Counted from the first letter of the stretch, positions 8,880 to 19,105 are shown. The stretch is DNA of 64,000 nt from Gammaproteobacteria bacterium (GCA_003137095.1 PLET01000070.1:585-64584), one strand, 5' to 3'. Program-made: numbers and translations. Notes: generated by a model from the letters alone, not told the origin.

Positions 8880-9979
8880 AGGCCCACGCCATGGTGCAGG
8901 TTGCGGATCGCGAGCTCGAGATGCGCGACATCGAGATCCCGGCCGTCGGCGCCGATGAAGGATTGCTGCGCGTGCAGGCCTGCGGCTTGTGTGGCAGCGA
9001 CGTCGAGCAATATGCCGGCGGCACGGTGTCGCGCGGATTGGGCAGCTATCCGATGATTCCCGGTCACGAACCGGTGGGAGTGATCGAGGCGGTGGGCGCC
9101 GCGGCCGGCGCGCGGTGGGGGGTCCGGGTTGGCGATCGCGTCGCGCTCGAGCCGCATCTGTCCTGCGGCGCCTGTGCGAACTGTCTGGCGGGGCGCTATC
9201 ACCTGTGCCGCATTCTGCGGCCGTCGGGGATCTCATCCTACGGCTACCTGCCCATGGAATTCGGACATGGCCTGTGGGGAGGCTATGCCAGCCATATTCA
9301 TCTGCACCCGCGCAGCGTGCTGCACCGGCTGCCGGATTCCCTGCCCCTGAAGCTCGCCACGATGTATCAGGCGATCGCCGGCGGCGTGCGCTGGTCCGTG
9401 TATCTGCCCGAAACGGCTCTCGGCGACACCGTGCTGGTGCAAGGCTGCGGCCAGCGCGGCCTGGGCGCGGTGATCGCCTGCCGCGAGGCGGGCGTGAGCC
9501 GCATCATCGTCACGGGCCTGGCGCGCGATGCCTTCAAGCTGGATCTGGCGCTCGCCCTGGGCGCGCAGCACGCCATCGTCGCGGATCGGGAGGACACCGT
9601 GGCGCGCGTGCTGCAGATCACCGGCGGCCGCGGCGCGGATGTGGTGGTGGATCTGGCGCCCGGCGCGCCGCAGACCGTGAGCCATGCCATCGATGCCGTG
9701 AAGGTCGGCGGCACGGTGGTGCTGGCCGGTCTGAAGGGCGGCCGGGCGGCGTCGATCGACACCGATCGGGTGATCTTCAAGGAGATCGCCCTGCGCGGCG
9801 CCTTCTCCCAGGGCTGGCAGGCGTATGAACAGGCGCTGCGCATTCTGGACGAGAACCGCCATGACCTGGCGCGCCTGAAGACCCATGAATTTCCGCTCGC
9901 ACAGGCGGCCCACGCCATCGGGATTCTGGCCGGTGACGTGCCGGGCGAGGAAGGCATCTGCCTGTCGCTGTACCCGTGA
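8876..9979 (+). CDS. Zinc-dependent alcohol dehydrogenase (MDR family)
   Basis: 'ACGLCGSDVEQY', 'GHEPVGVIEAVG', structural-Zn Cys cluster 'CGACANCLAGRYHLC', Rossmann 'VQGCGQRGLG'. Start at MKAHAMV.. (family-typical) rather than listed 8822. Confidence 0.85.
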   Translation: MKAHAMVQVADRELEMRDIEIPAVGADEGLLRVQACGLCGSDVEQYAGGTVSRGLGSYPMIPGHEPVGVIEAVGAAAGARWGVRVGDRVALEPHLSCGACANCLAGRYHLCRILRPSGISSYGYLPMEFGHGLWGGYASHIHLHPRSVLHRLPDSLPLKLATMYQAIAGGVRWSVYLPETALGDTVLVQGCGQRGLGAVIACREAGVSRIIVTGLARDAFKLDLALALGAQHAIVADREDTVARVLQITGGRGADVVVDLAPGAPQTVSHAIDAVKVGGTVVLAGLKGGRAASIDTDRVIFKEIALRGAFSQGWQAYEQALRILDENRHDLARLKTHEFPLAQAAHAIGILAGDVPGEEGICLSLYP

Positions 9980-11262
9980 GCACGCCGGTGCACCCCGTGA
10001 GCACCTCGGCTGCACCCGGGAACACGCCGCAGGGCGAATTTCGCCGCGGCTGGCGGGTGGTGCTCGCCGGATTGATCGGCAACGGCCTGAGCGCGGGCAC
10101 CCTCGGCTTCTACACCATCGGGGTGTTCGGACCGGAGATCGGCCGGGAGTTCCACTGGAGTTCGGGCCAGATAACCGCCGGCTTGCTGCTCAACACGTTG
10201 GTGGTGATGATTGCGGTGCCCATCGCCGGCATGCTGTCGGATCGCTTCGGCGTGCGCCGGGTGGTGCTCGCCTGCACGGCGCTGGTGATGCCGGCCTACG
10301 TGGGCTTTGCACTCATCGACGGATCGCTCTGGCGCTACTACCTGTCGTGGGCGCTGGTCGGCCTGCTGGGTGCAGGCACGTTTCCGCCCACCTGGTCGCG
10401 CGCCATCAACAGCCGCTTTCAGGTGCACAAGGGTCTGGCCCTGGGCATTTCGCTGTGCGGTACCGGCATCTCGGGTGCCATGCTCAAGCCCTTCGGATTC
10501 ATGATGCTGGCGCACTTCGGGTGGCGGACGGGCTATGTGGCGCTCGGCTGCCTGTCGCTGATCAGCTTTCTGGTGGCGCTCATGTTCCTGTTCGACGTGC
10601 CGAAGGCGGCGCACCCCGGCGCAGCGGCAATGCCGGCTACGCCGGCCGATTCGGCGGCGGCGCAGGGACCCACGCTGGCCATGGCCACCCGTCAATGGAG
10701 ATTCTGGGTGCTGGCGCTGGCGATCGGCGCCGCGGCGCTGGCGGTGGGCGGACCGTTGCCCAGCGTGGAAAGCATCTTGCGCGAAGCGGGATTTTCGCGA
10801 GAACAGATCATCAGCCTCGCCTCGATGGTGGGCCTGTCCATCATTCTGGGACGGCTCGGCAGCAGCTATCTGATCGATCGGCTGTGGGCACCGTTGGTCG
10901 CCATCGTCATGGTCGCGGCTGCCTCGCTCGCCATGCTGGCGCTCAGCTGGCTGAAGCCGAGCTTCGAAATTGCGGCGCTCACGCTGATATTCATCGGTGC
11001 CACCACCGGGATGGAAGTGGACATGGCACCGTTCCTGGTGGCCCGCTACTTCGGCAGCCGCCACTTTGCGGGCATCTACGGCGCCCTGTACGGCGTGTTC
11101 TCGATCTGCACCGGATCCGGCGCCGTGCTCTTTGCCGTGGGGCATGACCGGCTGGGTGCCTACAAGAGCGTGCTGCCGCTCTTTTCCGCCCTGCTGTTGG
11201 GCAGCGGCATTTTGCTGCTGTTGCTCGGGAGCTATGTCTATCCCTCGAAGGCTTCCCGATGA
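9976..11262 (+). CDS. MFS transporter
   Basis: 12 TM pattern, 'GMLSDRFGVRRVVL' motif. GTG start overlaps ADH stop (GTGA). Confidence 0.85.
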   Translation: MSTPVHPVSTSAAPGNTPQGEFRRGWRVVLAGLIGNGLSAGTLGFYTIGVFGPEIGREFHWSSGQITAGLLLNTLVVMIAVPIAGMLSDRFGVRRVVLACTALVMPAYVGFALIDGSLWRYYLSWALVGLLGAGTFPPTWSRAINSRFQVHKGLALGISLCGTGISGAMLKPFGFMMLAHFGWRTGYVALGCLSLISFLVALMFLFDVPKAAHPGAAAMPATPADSAAAQGPTLAMATRQWRFWVLALAIGAAALAVGGPLPSVESILREAGFSREQIISLASMVGLSIILGRLGSSYLIDRLWAPLVAIVMVAAASLAMLALSWLKPSFEIAALTLIFIGATTGMEVDMAPFLVARYFGSRHFAGIYGALYGVFSICTGSGAVLFAVGHDRLGAYKSVLPLFSALLLGSGILLLLLGSYVYPSKASR

Positions 11263-12119
11263 GAGCCGACGATCTTGCCGGCACCGTCGCCATCGTCACC
11301 GGCGCGGGCAGCGTCTCGGACCTGGCGCTCGGCATGGGTACCGTGATCGTGCAGCATCTGCTCGATGCCGGCGCCACGGTGGCGGGATTCGACTGGAATG
11401 CCGAAGGACTCGAGCGCTTCGCGGAGCGCAATCCCGCCGCGGTGAAGGAGGGCCGTTTCCTGCCGGTGGTCTGCGATGTGTCCGCGCCGGCGGATTGCGC
11501 CGCGGCAGTCAAGCGGGTGATCGCCGAACTCGGCGTGCCCAACGTCCTGTTCAATCATGCGGGCATCGGTGAAACCGATATCGGGCAGACGGGCCAGACC
11601 CGCTTTTGGGAGACCGATTATGGTCGTTGGGAAAAGGTGCAGCGGGTGAATGCCTTCGGGCCGTTCGTGATGGCGCGCCTGGTACTGCCGGGCATGCTCC
11701 AAAAGCACTGGGGCCGCATCATCAACACGTCGACGAGCTTCCAAACCATGCTCGACAAATTCCGCTCGGGCTATGGCCCCTCGAAGGCGGCCCTCGAGGC
11801 CCATTCCGCCATCTGGGCCAAGGAACTTCAGGGAACCGGGGTCACGGTCAATTGCCTGCTGCCCGGGGGAATGGTGGCGACCAATGCCACGGCGCGCCTC
11901 GGCGTGGACTTGAGCAAGCTGCTCAAGGCCGAGATCATGGGGCCGCCGGCGCGCTGGCTCGCCTCGCGGGCTTCCGACGGAGTCACCGGCCGGCGCTTCA
12001 TCGCCCGCGAGTGGGATGCCAGTCTCGAGCCGTCGGCCGCCGCGCTGCGCCAGCAATATCCCATCGGCTGGCCAAACCTCGGGCCGGGTCGCACCGTCGA
12101 TCCCTTGCTCGGGACCTAG
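11259..12119 (+). CDS. Short-chain dehydrogenase/reductase (SDR)
   Basis: 'VAIVTGAGS' glycine motif, 'YGPSKAAL' catalytic YxxxK. ATGA overlap with upstream MFS. Confidence 0.85.
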   Translation: MRADDLAGTVAIVTGAGSVSDLALGMGTVIVQHLLDAGATVAGFDWNAEGLERFAERNPAAVKEGRFLPVVCDVSAPADCAAAVKRVIAELGVPNVLFNHAGIGETDIGQTGQTRFWETDYGRWEKVQRVNAFGPFVMARLVLPGMLQKHWGRIINTSTSFQTMLDKFRSGYGPSKAALEAHSAIWAKELQGTGVTVNCLLPGGMVATNATARLGVDLSKLLKAEIMGPPARWLASRASDGVTGRRFIAREWDASLEPSAAALRQQYPIGWPNLGPGRTVDPLLGT

Positions 12120-12128
12120 AGGCGCCGG

Positions 12129-13739
12129 CTATTTCGCCTCGGCAATCCGCTTCATGTTCTGCAGTGCCCCCTCGAAGCGGGTGCGGCGCATCGCGACGTC
12201 CGCGTCTTTCGCCGCCTGATCGGGCTTGTCCGATTCGTCGAGGAACAAGGTGTAGAGGATCCGCGAGGTCCCGCGCGTCACGGGCCGCGCTTCCAAGAAG
12301 CCGTGGTAGAGGTTGTAGAAGCGGCCTTCGACGGCTGGCTGGGTGTAACCATAGGACAGCCCGGTCCGGGCGATGAGGATCTCGGTGACCGCTCCGCCCC
12401 TGAGCGAACGCACGGTGCCGATGTCGCCGTCACCCGCGGTGACCCTGCAGTCGACTCCGAGCCACGCGCTGATGTCGCAAAATTTGCCCACCCTGGCCCA
12501 CACCGCCCCGGCCGGCCGCGCGACGTCGATTTGCATCCGGATGGCGGTGTAGTCGGGCGCAGCCTGCGGCTGATAATCCCGCCACACCCACTCGAGGGCC
12601 TCGGGCAGCACCTGGAATTTCGCCTCGCCCAGGCCGTGGCCCACGCCGAGCGCAAACACGTATTGATAGCGGTAGCCCTTGGCCGCGAGCACGGATGCCA
12701 TGCGATGGTTGGCCTCGACCCAGTCGTGCATGCCGTCGCGGATGACGCCTGGATTCAGCAGATCGGCATCGCCCACGCCCATCCACAGGCGGATGGGCTT
12801 CCGCGGACTTTCGGGGATGAGTTTTTCATGAAGTTCCCAGGCGCCATCGGGCAGGTCGGGGTTGAACGGCCACTGTTGATTCACGAAGGTGCCGGAAGTC
12901 GTTATCACGCGCCGATACAGATCCGGGTGATACCAGGCCATGATGAACGCCGCAGCACCGCCGGAGCTGTTGCCCATCACGGCACGCCCCTCCGGGTCCT
13001 TGGTGAGCCGCACGCCGTAATTCTTCTCCACCAGCGGCAGGACCTCGGCCTCGATGAACTCGGCATATTTGCCGGACACGGTGTCGTATTCGCGGCCGCG
13101 CTCGCTGCCCATGCCATCGCCGCCGCCATGCGCGATCAGGATCGCGATCTGCACCGGCACGCGCTTCTGGGCGATCAGGTTATCGAGGACATGTGCGAGG
13201 GGGACGTCCGTCTGGCCGAGCGCGGGGCCGTCGTGCTGCACGATGAAGGGTGCCGCGGTGCCCGGTACGTATTGCGCGGGGATGTATACGGTGATGGTGC
13301 GGGTGTAATCGGTGGTATGGGTCGGAACGATCAGCGTCTTCGGATTGGCCGGATCCAGCACGCCGAATTGATCGCGGGCGGTGCCCATGGGGTAGAACTT
13401 GCTGTCCTTCGAATCCATGGTGAACTGCTTCACCTGGCCCTGCGGAACCCCCGCGACCACGCTGAATTCGGGAGACCGCAGGTACGTGGGTCCGATCACG
13501 TAATTGCCCGTGGCATCGACGGGTGGATTCACTCCGGGCGTGCTGATCCGCGTGAACCGCGGCGCACCCGGGGCGTCCGGCGAGCGCGTCGGCGGAATCG
13601 GCCGCGGCGGCGGAGTGACCGTGGCCGGCGGCGCGGCGGCCGGTTGCACGGCGGCTTCGGCGGCAAGCAATTGCGGGCAAACGGCGGTGCCGGCCACGCA
13701 CGCCATCAGCAGCGCCGAGCGCAAGCGGGTTGCTTTCAT
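12129..13739 (-). CDS. Secreted esterase (enterochelin-esterase/'putative esterase' alpha/beta hydrolase) fused to a C-terminal SRPBCC-like domain
   Basis: Signal peptide MKATRLRSALLMACVAG, Pro-rich linker, 'VMGNSSGGAAAF' nucleophile elbow (GxSxG). C-terminal ~150 aa resemble polyketide-cyclase/SRPBCC. Start taken at ATG 13739 (listed TTG 13769). Confidence 0.8.
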   Translation of the reverse strand: MKATRLRSALLMACVAGTAVCPQLLAAEAAVQPAAAPPATVTPPPRPIPPTRSPDAPGAPRFTRISTPGVNPPVDATGNYVIGPTYLRSPEFSVVAGVPQGQVKQFTMDSKDSKFYPMGTARDQFGVLDPANPKTLIVPTHTTDYTRTITVYIPAQYVPGTAAPFIVQHDGPALGQTDVPLAHVLDNLIAQKRVPVQIAILIAHGGGDGMGSERGREYDTVSGKYAEFIEAEVLPLVEKNYGVRLTKDPEGRAVMGNSSGGAAAFIMAWYHPDLYRRVITTSGTFVNQQWPFNPDLPDGAWELHEKLIPESPRKPIRLWMGVGDADLLNPGVIRDGMHDWVEANHRMASVLAAKGYRYQYVFALGVGHGLGEAKFQVLPEALEWVWRDYQPQAAPDYTAIRMQIDVARPAGAVWARVGKFCDISAWLGVDCRVTAGDGDIGTVRSLRGGAVTEILIARTGLSYGYTQPAVEGRFYNLYHGFLEARPVTRGTSRILYTLFLDESDKPDQAAKDADVAMRRTRFEGALQNMKRIAEAK

Positions 13740-13765
13740 CGATGGAAACCCCTTGTTGTTGGAAT

Positions 13766-15136
13766 TCAACTCATGACGCCGGAGCGTCCGGTGGAATCTC
13801 CATGCTGTGCGATGCCCTTGGTGCCCATCGCATCGGCCATGGTGAGGAACAGATTGGTGACCGGCTCGGCGTTGGTCGTCACGTAGCGGCCTGATCGGAA
13901 TGCGCCGCCGCCCGAACCGGCCACGAGGATGGGCAGGTTCTGGTGGGTATGGCGGTTGCCGTCGCCGATGCCGGAGCCATAGAGGATCATCGAATGATGC
14001 AGCAAGGAGCGGCCGTCGATCTCCTTGATCGATTCCATGTTCTGCAGAAACCGGGCGAGGCGCTGCACGTACCAGCGGTCGATCTGCTTGACCTTGTCGA
14101 TCATCTCCGGCTGGTTGCGGTGATGCGTGAGATTGTGATGCCCCTCGGAGATGCCGATTTCCGTGAAATTGCGGTTGCTGCCTTCACGCGCGATCAGCAC
14201 CGTGGCCACGCGGGTGGTGTCGGTTTGAAACGCGAGCAGCAGCAGATCGAACATCAGCGCAATATGCTCATCATAGCGGGCCGGAACGGCGCCCGGCGTC
14301 TCCATGCCGGGATTGGCCACCGGCATGCGCTCGGAGTTCTCGATGCGCGCCTCGATTTCGCGGATGCTGGTCAGGTACTGGTCCATCTTCTGCCGGTCGC
14401 GGCCGTCAAGGGTGCGTTCCAGGCTGCGCGCGTCAGTCAGCACATAGTCGAGGATCGATTGCTGCTCCTTCTGGCGACGCTTGAGATTTGCAACGCGCTC
14501 GCCGCGCGGGCCGGCTCCGAACAGCCGCTCGAACACCAGACGCGGATTCGCCTCGGCCGACAGGGGTTGCGTCGGCGTGCGCCAGGAGAGGTTGTATACG
14601 TAGGCGCAGGCGTAGCCCGAATCGCAATTGCCCGACTTGGTCTCGGCATCGCAGGTCAGCTCGAGCGATGCGAACCGCGTGAGATGCCCGATCTGACCTG
14701 CCACGACCTGGTCGATCGAGATCCCGGCGCGCAGATCCGAACCCGCCGTCTTCTTCACGCGCACCCCGGTGAGAAACGTGCCGCCTGCCCGCGCATGATC
14801 ACCGGGTCCGTCGAGGCCGGGATCGGCGGACAGATCCTGCAGTCCGGAGATCACCTGCAGCCGGTGGCGCACCCCGGCGAGCGGCTCGAGCGTGGGAGGC
14901 AGCGCAAAGTCGCTGCCGCCGTCTCCGGCCGGCCACCACGCCGAGGGTATGGTGCCGTTCGGTACATAGAGAAATGCCATGCGCGTGGGCACGGTGATCG
15001 CGGCGCCGGCGGCGTGGGCCGATTCGAGGGCCGGCAGTGCGATGCAGGCACCGAGGCCGCGCATGAATTGGCGACGGTCCAGACTCAGACGGCGTTCGGC
15101 GGCGAAATTGCGGTTCATCATGGGGTTGTCGCTCAT
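13766..15136 (-). CDS. DUF1552-family protein with Tat-type signal
   Basis: 'SLDRRQFMRGLGACIALPALES' twin-Arg leader and family-typical 'FLYVPNG', 'SEGHHNLTHH'. 4-nt gap after the DUF1592-type gene. Confidence 0.85.
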   Translation of the reverse strand: MSDNPMMNRNFAAERRLSLDRRQFMRGLGACIALPALESAHAAGAAITVPTRMAFLYVPNGTIPSAWWPAGDGGSDFALPPTLEPLAGVRHRLQVISGLQDLSADPGLDGPGDHARAGGTFLTGVRVKKTAGSDLRAGISIDQVVAGQIGHLTRFASLELTCDAETKSGNCDSGYACAYVYNLSWRTPTQPLSAEANPRLVFERLFGAGPRGERVANLKRRQKEQQSILDYVLTDARSLERTLDGRDRQKMDQYLTSIREIEARIENSERMPVANPGMETPGAVPARYDEHIALMFDLLLLAFQTDTTRVATVLIAREGSNRNFTEIGISEGHHNLTHHRNQPEMIDKVKQIDRWYVQRLARFLQNMESIKEIDGRSLLHHSMILYGSGIGDGNRHTHQNLPILVAGSGGGAFRSGRYVTTNAEPVTNLFLTMADAMGTKGIAQHGDSTGRSGVMS

Positions 15137-15140
15137 ATGG

Positions 15141-17603
15141 TCAGTTGGCGGCCGTGGCGGTTGCGCTGGTTCTCATCTTCTCGAACGGGGCGGACTCGAT
15201 GACGCCCATCAACAGGGCGGAAAAACGTCCGTCATTCTCCTGCAGCCGCTGCACGATCCGGTCGATGGTCTCCGTATCGTAGTACTCCGTGCCGCGTCCG
15301 AGCGCATAGGTGAGCAGTTTGTCCGTCAGAGTGCGGTAGAAATCCAGGCGATGCTGGGTGGCGAGAATGTGCTTGAGCTCGTTGACGCTGTTGAACGTTT
15401 CCCCCGTCACCAAGGTGCCCTGCGCAATGATGGGCTGCTTGCGCTCCTGATCGCGCCACATGCCCATGGCGTTGAAATTCTCGAACGCCAGCCCGATCGG
15501 ATCCATGCGGCTGTGGCAGGACTGGCACAGAGGCTTGTCGCGATGCATCTGCAGCGATTCGCGCAAGGTGGGCTCGTGATCCTTGAAGTCCTTCTCGCTG
15601 GCCTCCAGGGCCGGCACGTTCGGCGGCGGCGGCGGGGTCGGCGTTCCGAGAATGTTGTCGAGCACGAACAGCCCGCGCTTCACGGGCGAGGTGCGGTCCG
15701 GATTCGACGTCACCACCAGCGCGCTGGCCTGCGTGAGCACGCCGCCGCGAACACTGCCGGGCGGCAGGGTCACACGGCGCATGTCGGCGCCGGTCACGTC
15801 GGGAATGCCATAGAGTTTGGCCAGTTTGTCATTCAGGAAGGTGTAATTGCCGTCGATCAGCTCGGTGACCGGACGGTCCTCGTGGATGATGCTGGAGAAG
15901 AACATTTCCGTTTCGCGCTGCATCGCCGCGCGCGTGTCGTCGTCGAGCTGCATCCTGGGCCGGCCGAACTTGTTGCGCAGTTGGGGTGCCTTCGAGAAGT
16001 CCCCCTGGTTGCGCACGGCGTCGAACACCGCGTGCAGTTCCTTCTCCTCGCCATCGTCGCGGGCCAGGATCGCCAGGGCGTCATTCGCGATTCCCTTGAC
16101 GTCGCGGGTCTGCAGCCACTGGCCCGAGAAATTTCGGGCGAGCTGTTCCGAGCGCGGATCGGCCAGCATGCGCTTCACCTGCGCCGCCAGGCTGCTGCGC
16201 AGCTCGCCGCGTGCCGCCAGATCGGACAATTCTTGATCCGGCATGGTCGACCAGAGAAAGTATGACAGCCGGGAAGCGAGCGAGTATTCGTCGATCAGCG
16301 CCGTGCGGGCCAAGGGCGACGCGGCGCCCGCGGGCGATTCCAGGCGGAACAAGAAGCGCGGAGAGGCCAGCACCGCCGCCATGGCGTGGGCGACGCCCGT
16401 CTCGAACGTCTGCCCGCGCTGATGATAGGTGCTCTCGGCGAGCGCCGCGAGGCGCTGTGCCGTGTCGTCGTCGAGCGGCCGCCGATACGCCCTGGCCGCG
16501 AATGCGCCGAGCAGCTCGCGCGCATAGGCGCGCCGCTTCGCACCGCCGAAGGGGACGGGTCTCGGGAAGAAGCGCCGGTAGTTCGGCTGTTCCACCCATT
16601 TGCCCCGCTCGAGCGGACCCTGGATCAGCACCTTGGCGATCACCAGATCGACGCGGTTCTTCTTTTGAGCAACCGGCGTCAGCGGCTGCAGATCGAAGCT
16701 CATGCGATGCCCGGCCGCAGCCAATCGATGCGTGGATTCCAGACTGAACGTTTTGTCGCTGTAGTAGCCGAATTCCTGATCGAGGATTGGCTTTCCATCC
16801 AGCTTCACGGTGAGGCGGCAGCGTCCCGGGTCGAATTCGAAGCTGCCGTTGACGTCGAGGTCGAGCACCACCAGATAGGTTCCCGGGCCATCCAAGGTGA
16901 TCGATTTTTCCACCGCCGCCGGTTCGTAGTACGAGAGCCGCAACCGGCCGTCCTTGCGGGAGGCATCCGTGCCGCTGCCCTTGCCGGTGAACTCGGCGCC
17001 CGGCACGCTGCGTTCACCGATCTTCTTCTCCACGGTCGGCACGGCCTCGGCGATGATCGCCTGGGCCGCCGCGACGTACTTCTCCATCAGCATCGGCGAG
17101 ACCGAAAGCGCATCGCCGATGTTGTCGAAACCGTAGCCCGCGTCATCGGGCGGGAATTCGATCTGCGTGTCGAAATCCACACCGAGCAGATCCCGGACGG
17201 TGTTGCGATACTCGACGCGGTTCAGCCGGCGCACGGTAACGCGGCCCGGATCGGGGTTGCGCGGATCGATGGCGAAGACCTCGTACTTGATCCAGTGTTC
17301 GAGCTTCTGCTGCTCCTCGGGGGTGGGCCGCGGCTTGTGCTCTGCGGGCATGAGGCCGGCGCGGGTGTTCTTCAGGACCTTGAGCCACAGATCGCGATTC
17401 AGGATGTCCTCATCCGAGCTCAACTCATCGAAGGCGACCCGGCCCTTGTCATTGCCGTCGCCGTGACATTCGTAGCAACGGTCCTCGAGAATGGGGCTGA
17501 TTTCATTGCGGTAATCGCTGACGGCAGATCTCTGCGCGACCTGTGCGGAGGCCACAGTTGTCATAATCAGTCCAGCCAGGAATGGTGCAATGCGAAGCGT
17601 CAA
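15141..17603 (-). CDS. DUF1592/DUF1585/DUF1587/DUF1588/DUF1595-type protein with N-terminal cytochrome-like CxxCH
   Basis: Signal peptide, 'CYECHGDGNDKG', 'RRLNRVEYRNTVRDLLGV', C-terminal 'CQSCHSRMDPIGLAFENF'. This is the usual partner of DUF1552. Confidence 0.85.
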   Translation of the reverse strand: MTLRIAPFLAGLIMTTVASAQVAQRSAVSDYRNEISPILEDRCYECHGDGNDKGRVAFDELSSDEDILNRDLWLKVLKNTRAGLMPAEHKPRPTPEEQQKLEHWIKYEVFAIDPRNPDPGRVTVRRLNRVEYRNTVRDLLGVDFDTQIEFPPDDAGYGFDNIGDALSVSPMLMEKYVAAAQAIIAEAVPTVEKKIGERSVPGAEFTGKGSGTDASRKDGRLRLSYYEPAAVEKSITLDGPGTYLVVLDLDVNGSFEFDPGRCRLTVKLDGKPILDQEFGYYSDKTFSLESTHRLAAAGHRMSFDLQPLTPVAQKKNRVDLVIAKVLIQGPLERGKWVEQPNYRRFFPRPVPFGGAKRRAYARELLGAFAARAYRRPLDDDTAQRLAALAESTYHQRGQTFETGVAHAMAAVLASPRFLFRLESPAGAASPLARTALIDEYSLASRLSYFLWSTMPDQELSDLAARGELRSSLAAQVKRMLADPRSEQLARNFSGQWLQTRDVKGIANDALAILARDDGEEKELHAVFDAVRNQGDFSKAPQLRNKFGRPRMQLDDDTRAAMQRETEMFFSSIIHEDRPVTELIDGNYTFLNDKLAKLYGIPDVTGADMRRVTLPPGSVRGGVLTQASALVVTSNPDRTSPVKRGLFVLDNILGTPTPPPPPNVPALEASEKDFKDHEPTLRESLQMHRDKPLCQSCHSRMDPIGLAFENFNAMGMWRDQERKQPIIAQGTLVTGETFNSVNELKHILATQHRLDFYRTLTDKLLTYALGRGTEYYDTETIDRIVQRLQENDGRFSALLMGVIESAPFEKMRTSATATAAN

Positions 17604-17713
17604 TCGTCGACTCCTGCCTGCGGTAGCGCCAACAGCCAGAGTCTAGTCGACACCCAGCCTCCACCGCCATACTGGCGCAAGGGAGGCGGGCATGATGAGT
17701 CAGGGTTCGTGGA

Positions 17714-18868
17714 ATGGAAGAGGGGTCTCGAACCGACGTGCAAGCCAGCTGTCCACACCGCCCGCCGTGCCCGGGCTGCCCGCGCTTCGGTGAACCGGGC
17801 ATCGCCCCGGCCGCCCGCGGCACTCTCGATGCGCTGGCGCATGCCCATGGGCTGCCCGCAGTTCCGGTGATCTGCGGCAAGTCCGCCGGGTTTCGACTGC
17901 GGGCGCGGTTGGCCATCCGCGGCCGGCTGGGCTCGCCCAAGCTTGGGCTGTTCGAACTCGGCACGCATCGCGTGGTCCACATCCCCCGCTGCAGCGTGCA
18001 GCATCCCTTGATCAACCGGGTTGCCGCGATCGTGCGGCGCGCGCTGGTGGAGACCGGGGTGACCTGCTACTCGGACCGGGCCCACCTCGGCCTCGCGCGC
18101 CACCTGCAGGTGGTGGTGGAGCGCAGCACGCAGACCGCGCAGGTGGTGCTGGTGGCCAACAGCGCCACGCCCGATCCCCTGGCCGGCTGCCTGGACATGA
18201 TCGGCGAGCGTTTGGGACCCGAATTGCACAGCCTGTGGTTCAACTCCAACGTCGAGCGCTCCAATGTCATCATGGGTCCGCGCTTCGAGCTGTGGTGCGG
18301 GCCGGCCAGCGTGGTGGAGCGCTTCGGCGGGGCCGCCGTGCACTATCCGCCGGGCGCCTTCGGACAGAACAATCTGGACATCGCCGAGGCCATGATCGGA
18401 GAGGTGCGCGGCCAGATTCCGCAGGGCGCGCGCGTTGCCGAATTCTATGCGGGCGTCGGCGCCATCGGCCTGTCGGTGCTCGACAGGGCCGGCGGGATCA
18501 CGATGAACGAGGCCAGCCCGCATGCACTGCAAGGACTGCAATCGGGGCTGGCCGAACTCGATGCCGCGAGCCGCGCGCGGATCGAGGTCGTTCCAGGGCC
18601 GGCCGGTGCGGCGTGCGCCGCCGCCTCCGGCGCCGACGTGGTGATCGCCGACCCGCCACGCAAGGGGCTCGATCCCGAACTGACCCGGTATCTGCTCGAG
18701 AATCCGCCCGAGCGCTTCATCTACGTGAGCTGCAGCCTGCCGTCATTTGACCTGGACGCGCGGCGCCTGACGGCGGATGGTCGGCTGCGTCTGGCCGCAC
18801 TCAGCGTCTTCGATCTGATGCCGTTCACCGAGCACGTGGAAATCCTCGCCCGCTTCGAACGGGTTTGA
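17714..18868 (+). CDS. SAM-dependent RNA (uracil-5)-methyltransferase, RumB/RlmC-like
   Basis: N-terminal Fe-S Cys cluster 'CPHRPPCPGCPRFG', no TRAM domain, 'FYAGVGAIG' SAM motif, 'DPPRKG', 'YVSCS' catalytic Cys region. Confidence 0.8.
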   Translation: MEEGSRTDVQASCPHRPPCPGCPRFGEPGIAPAARGTLDALAHAHGLPAVPVICGKSAGFRLRARLAIRGRLGSPKLGLFELGTHRVVHIPRCSVQHPLINRVAAIVRRALVETGVTCYSDRAHLGLARHLQVVVERSTQTAQVVLVANSATPDPLAGCLDMIGERLGPELHSLWFNSNVERSNVIMGPRFELWCGPASVVERFGGAAVHYPPGAFGQNNLDIAEAMIGEVRGQIPQGARVAEFYAGVGAIGLSVLDRAGGITMNEASPHALQGLQSGLAELDAASRARIEVVPGPAGAACAAASGADVVIADPPRKGLDPELTRYLLENPPERFIYVSCSLPSFDLDARRLTADGRLRLAALSVFDLMPFTEHVEILARFERV

Positions 18869-19105
18869 TCCGCGTCACTGCGAACGCGACATTCGCAGGC
18901 ATCACGATTGACGATGCTCGCGATCGCCACAAACCGTTGTACAGGCATGACGGCACGCTCGTAACCTGCCCCCCGATCAAGACCTACGCCGCGCCCTGCG
19001 TGGCGAAGGTACAACAAAAAATGGACGTCGGAGACGATCGCGTCTCGAGCCGGGTTGGATCGAATCGGTTCATGTGCCGATGAAAACGACGGGGGGTGGG
19101 CTGGC

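Noticed and set aside
9367-11145. 592-aa minus-strand ORF opposite the ADH and MFS genes (likewise 4703..5701, 12303..13886, 13943..15202, 16386..17870, 33241..34725)
   Set aside because: All lie antisense to well-supported genes and are highly Arg/His/Gly/Ala-biased without motifs. Such ORFs are expected at this G+C content because stop codons are rare.
17690-17740. tRNA-like strings ('GGTTCGTGG', 'GGGGTCTCGAACCGAC')
   Set aside because: I could not fold a T-arm (the flanking 5-mers are not complementary) and there is no acceptor stem or CCA context. The region is the 5' coding end of the RNA methyltransferase.
18869-19105. Riboswitch (cobalamin/TPP) in the 237-nt leader of the second TonB-dependent receptor
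   Set aside because: There are only two short hairpins (18878-18898; GAGACG-ATCG-CGTCTC near 19030-19045). I saw no B12-box or TPP 'CTGAGA...ACCTGA' signature. This cannot be excluded without a covariance-model scan.
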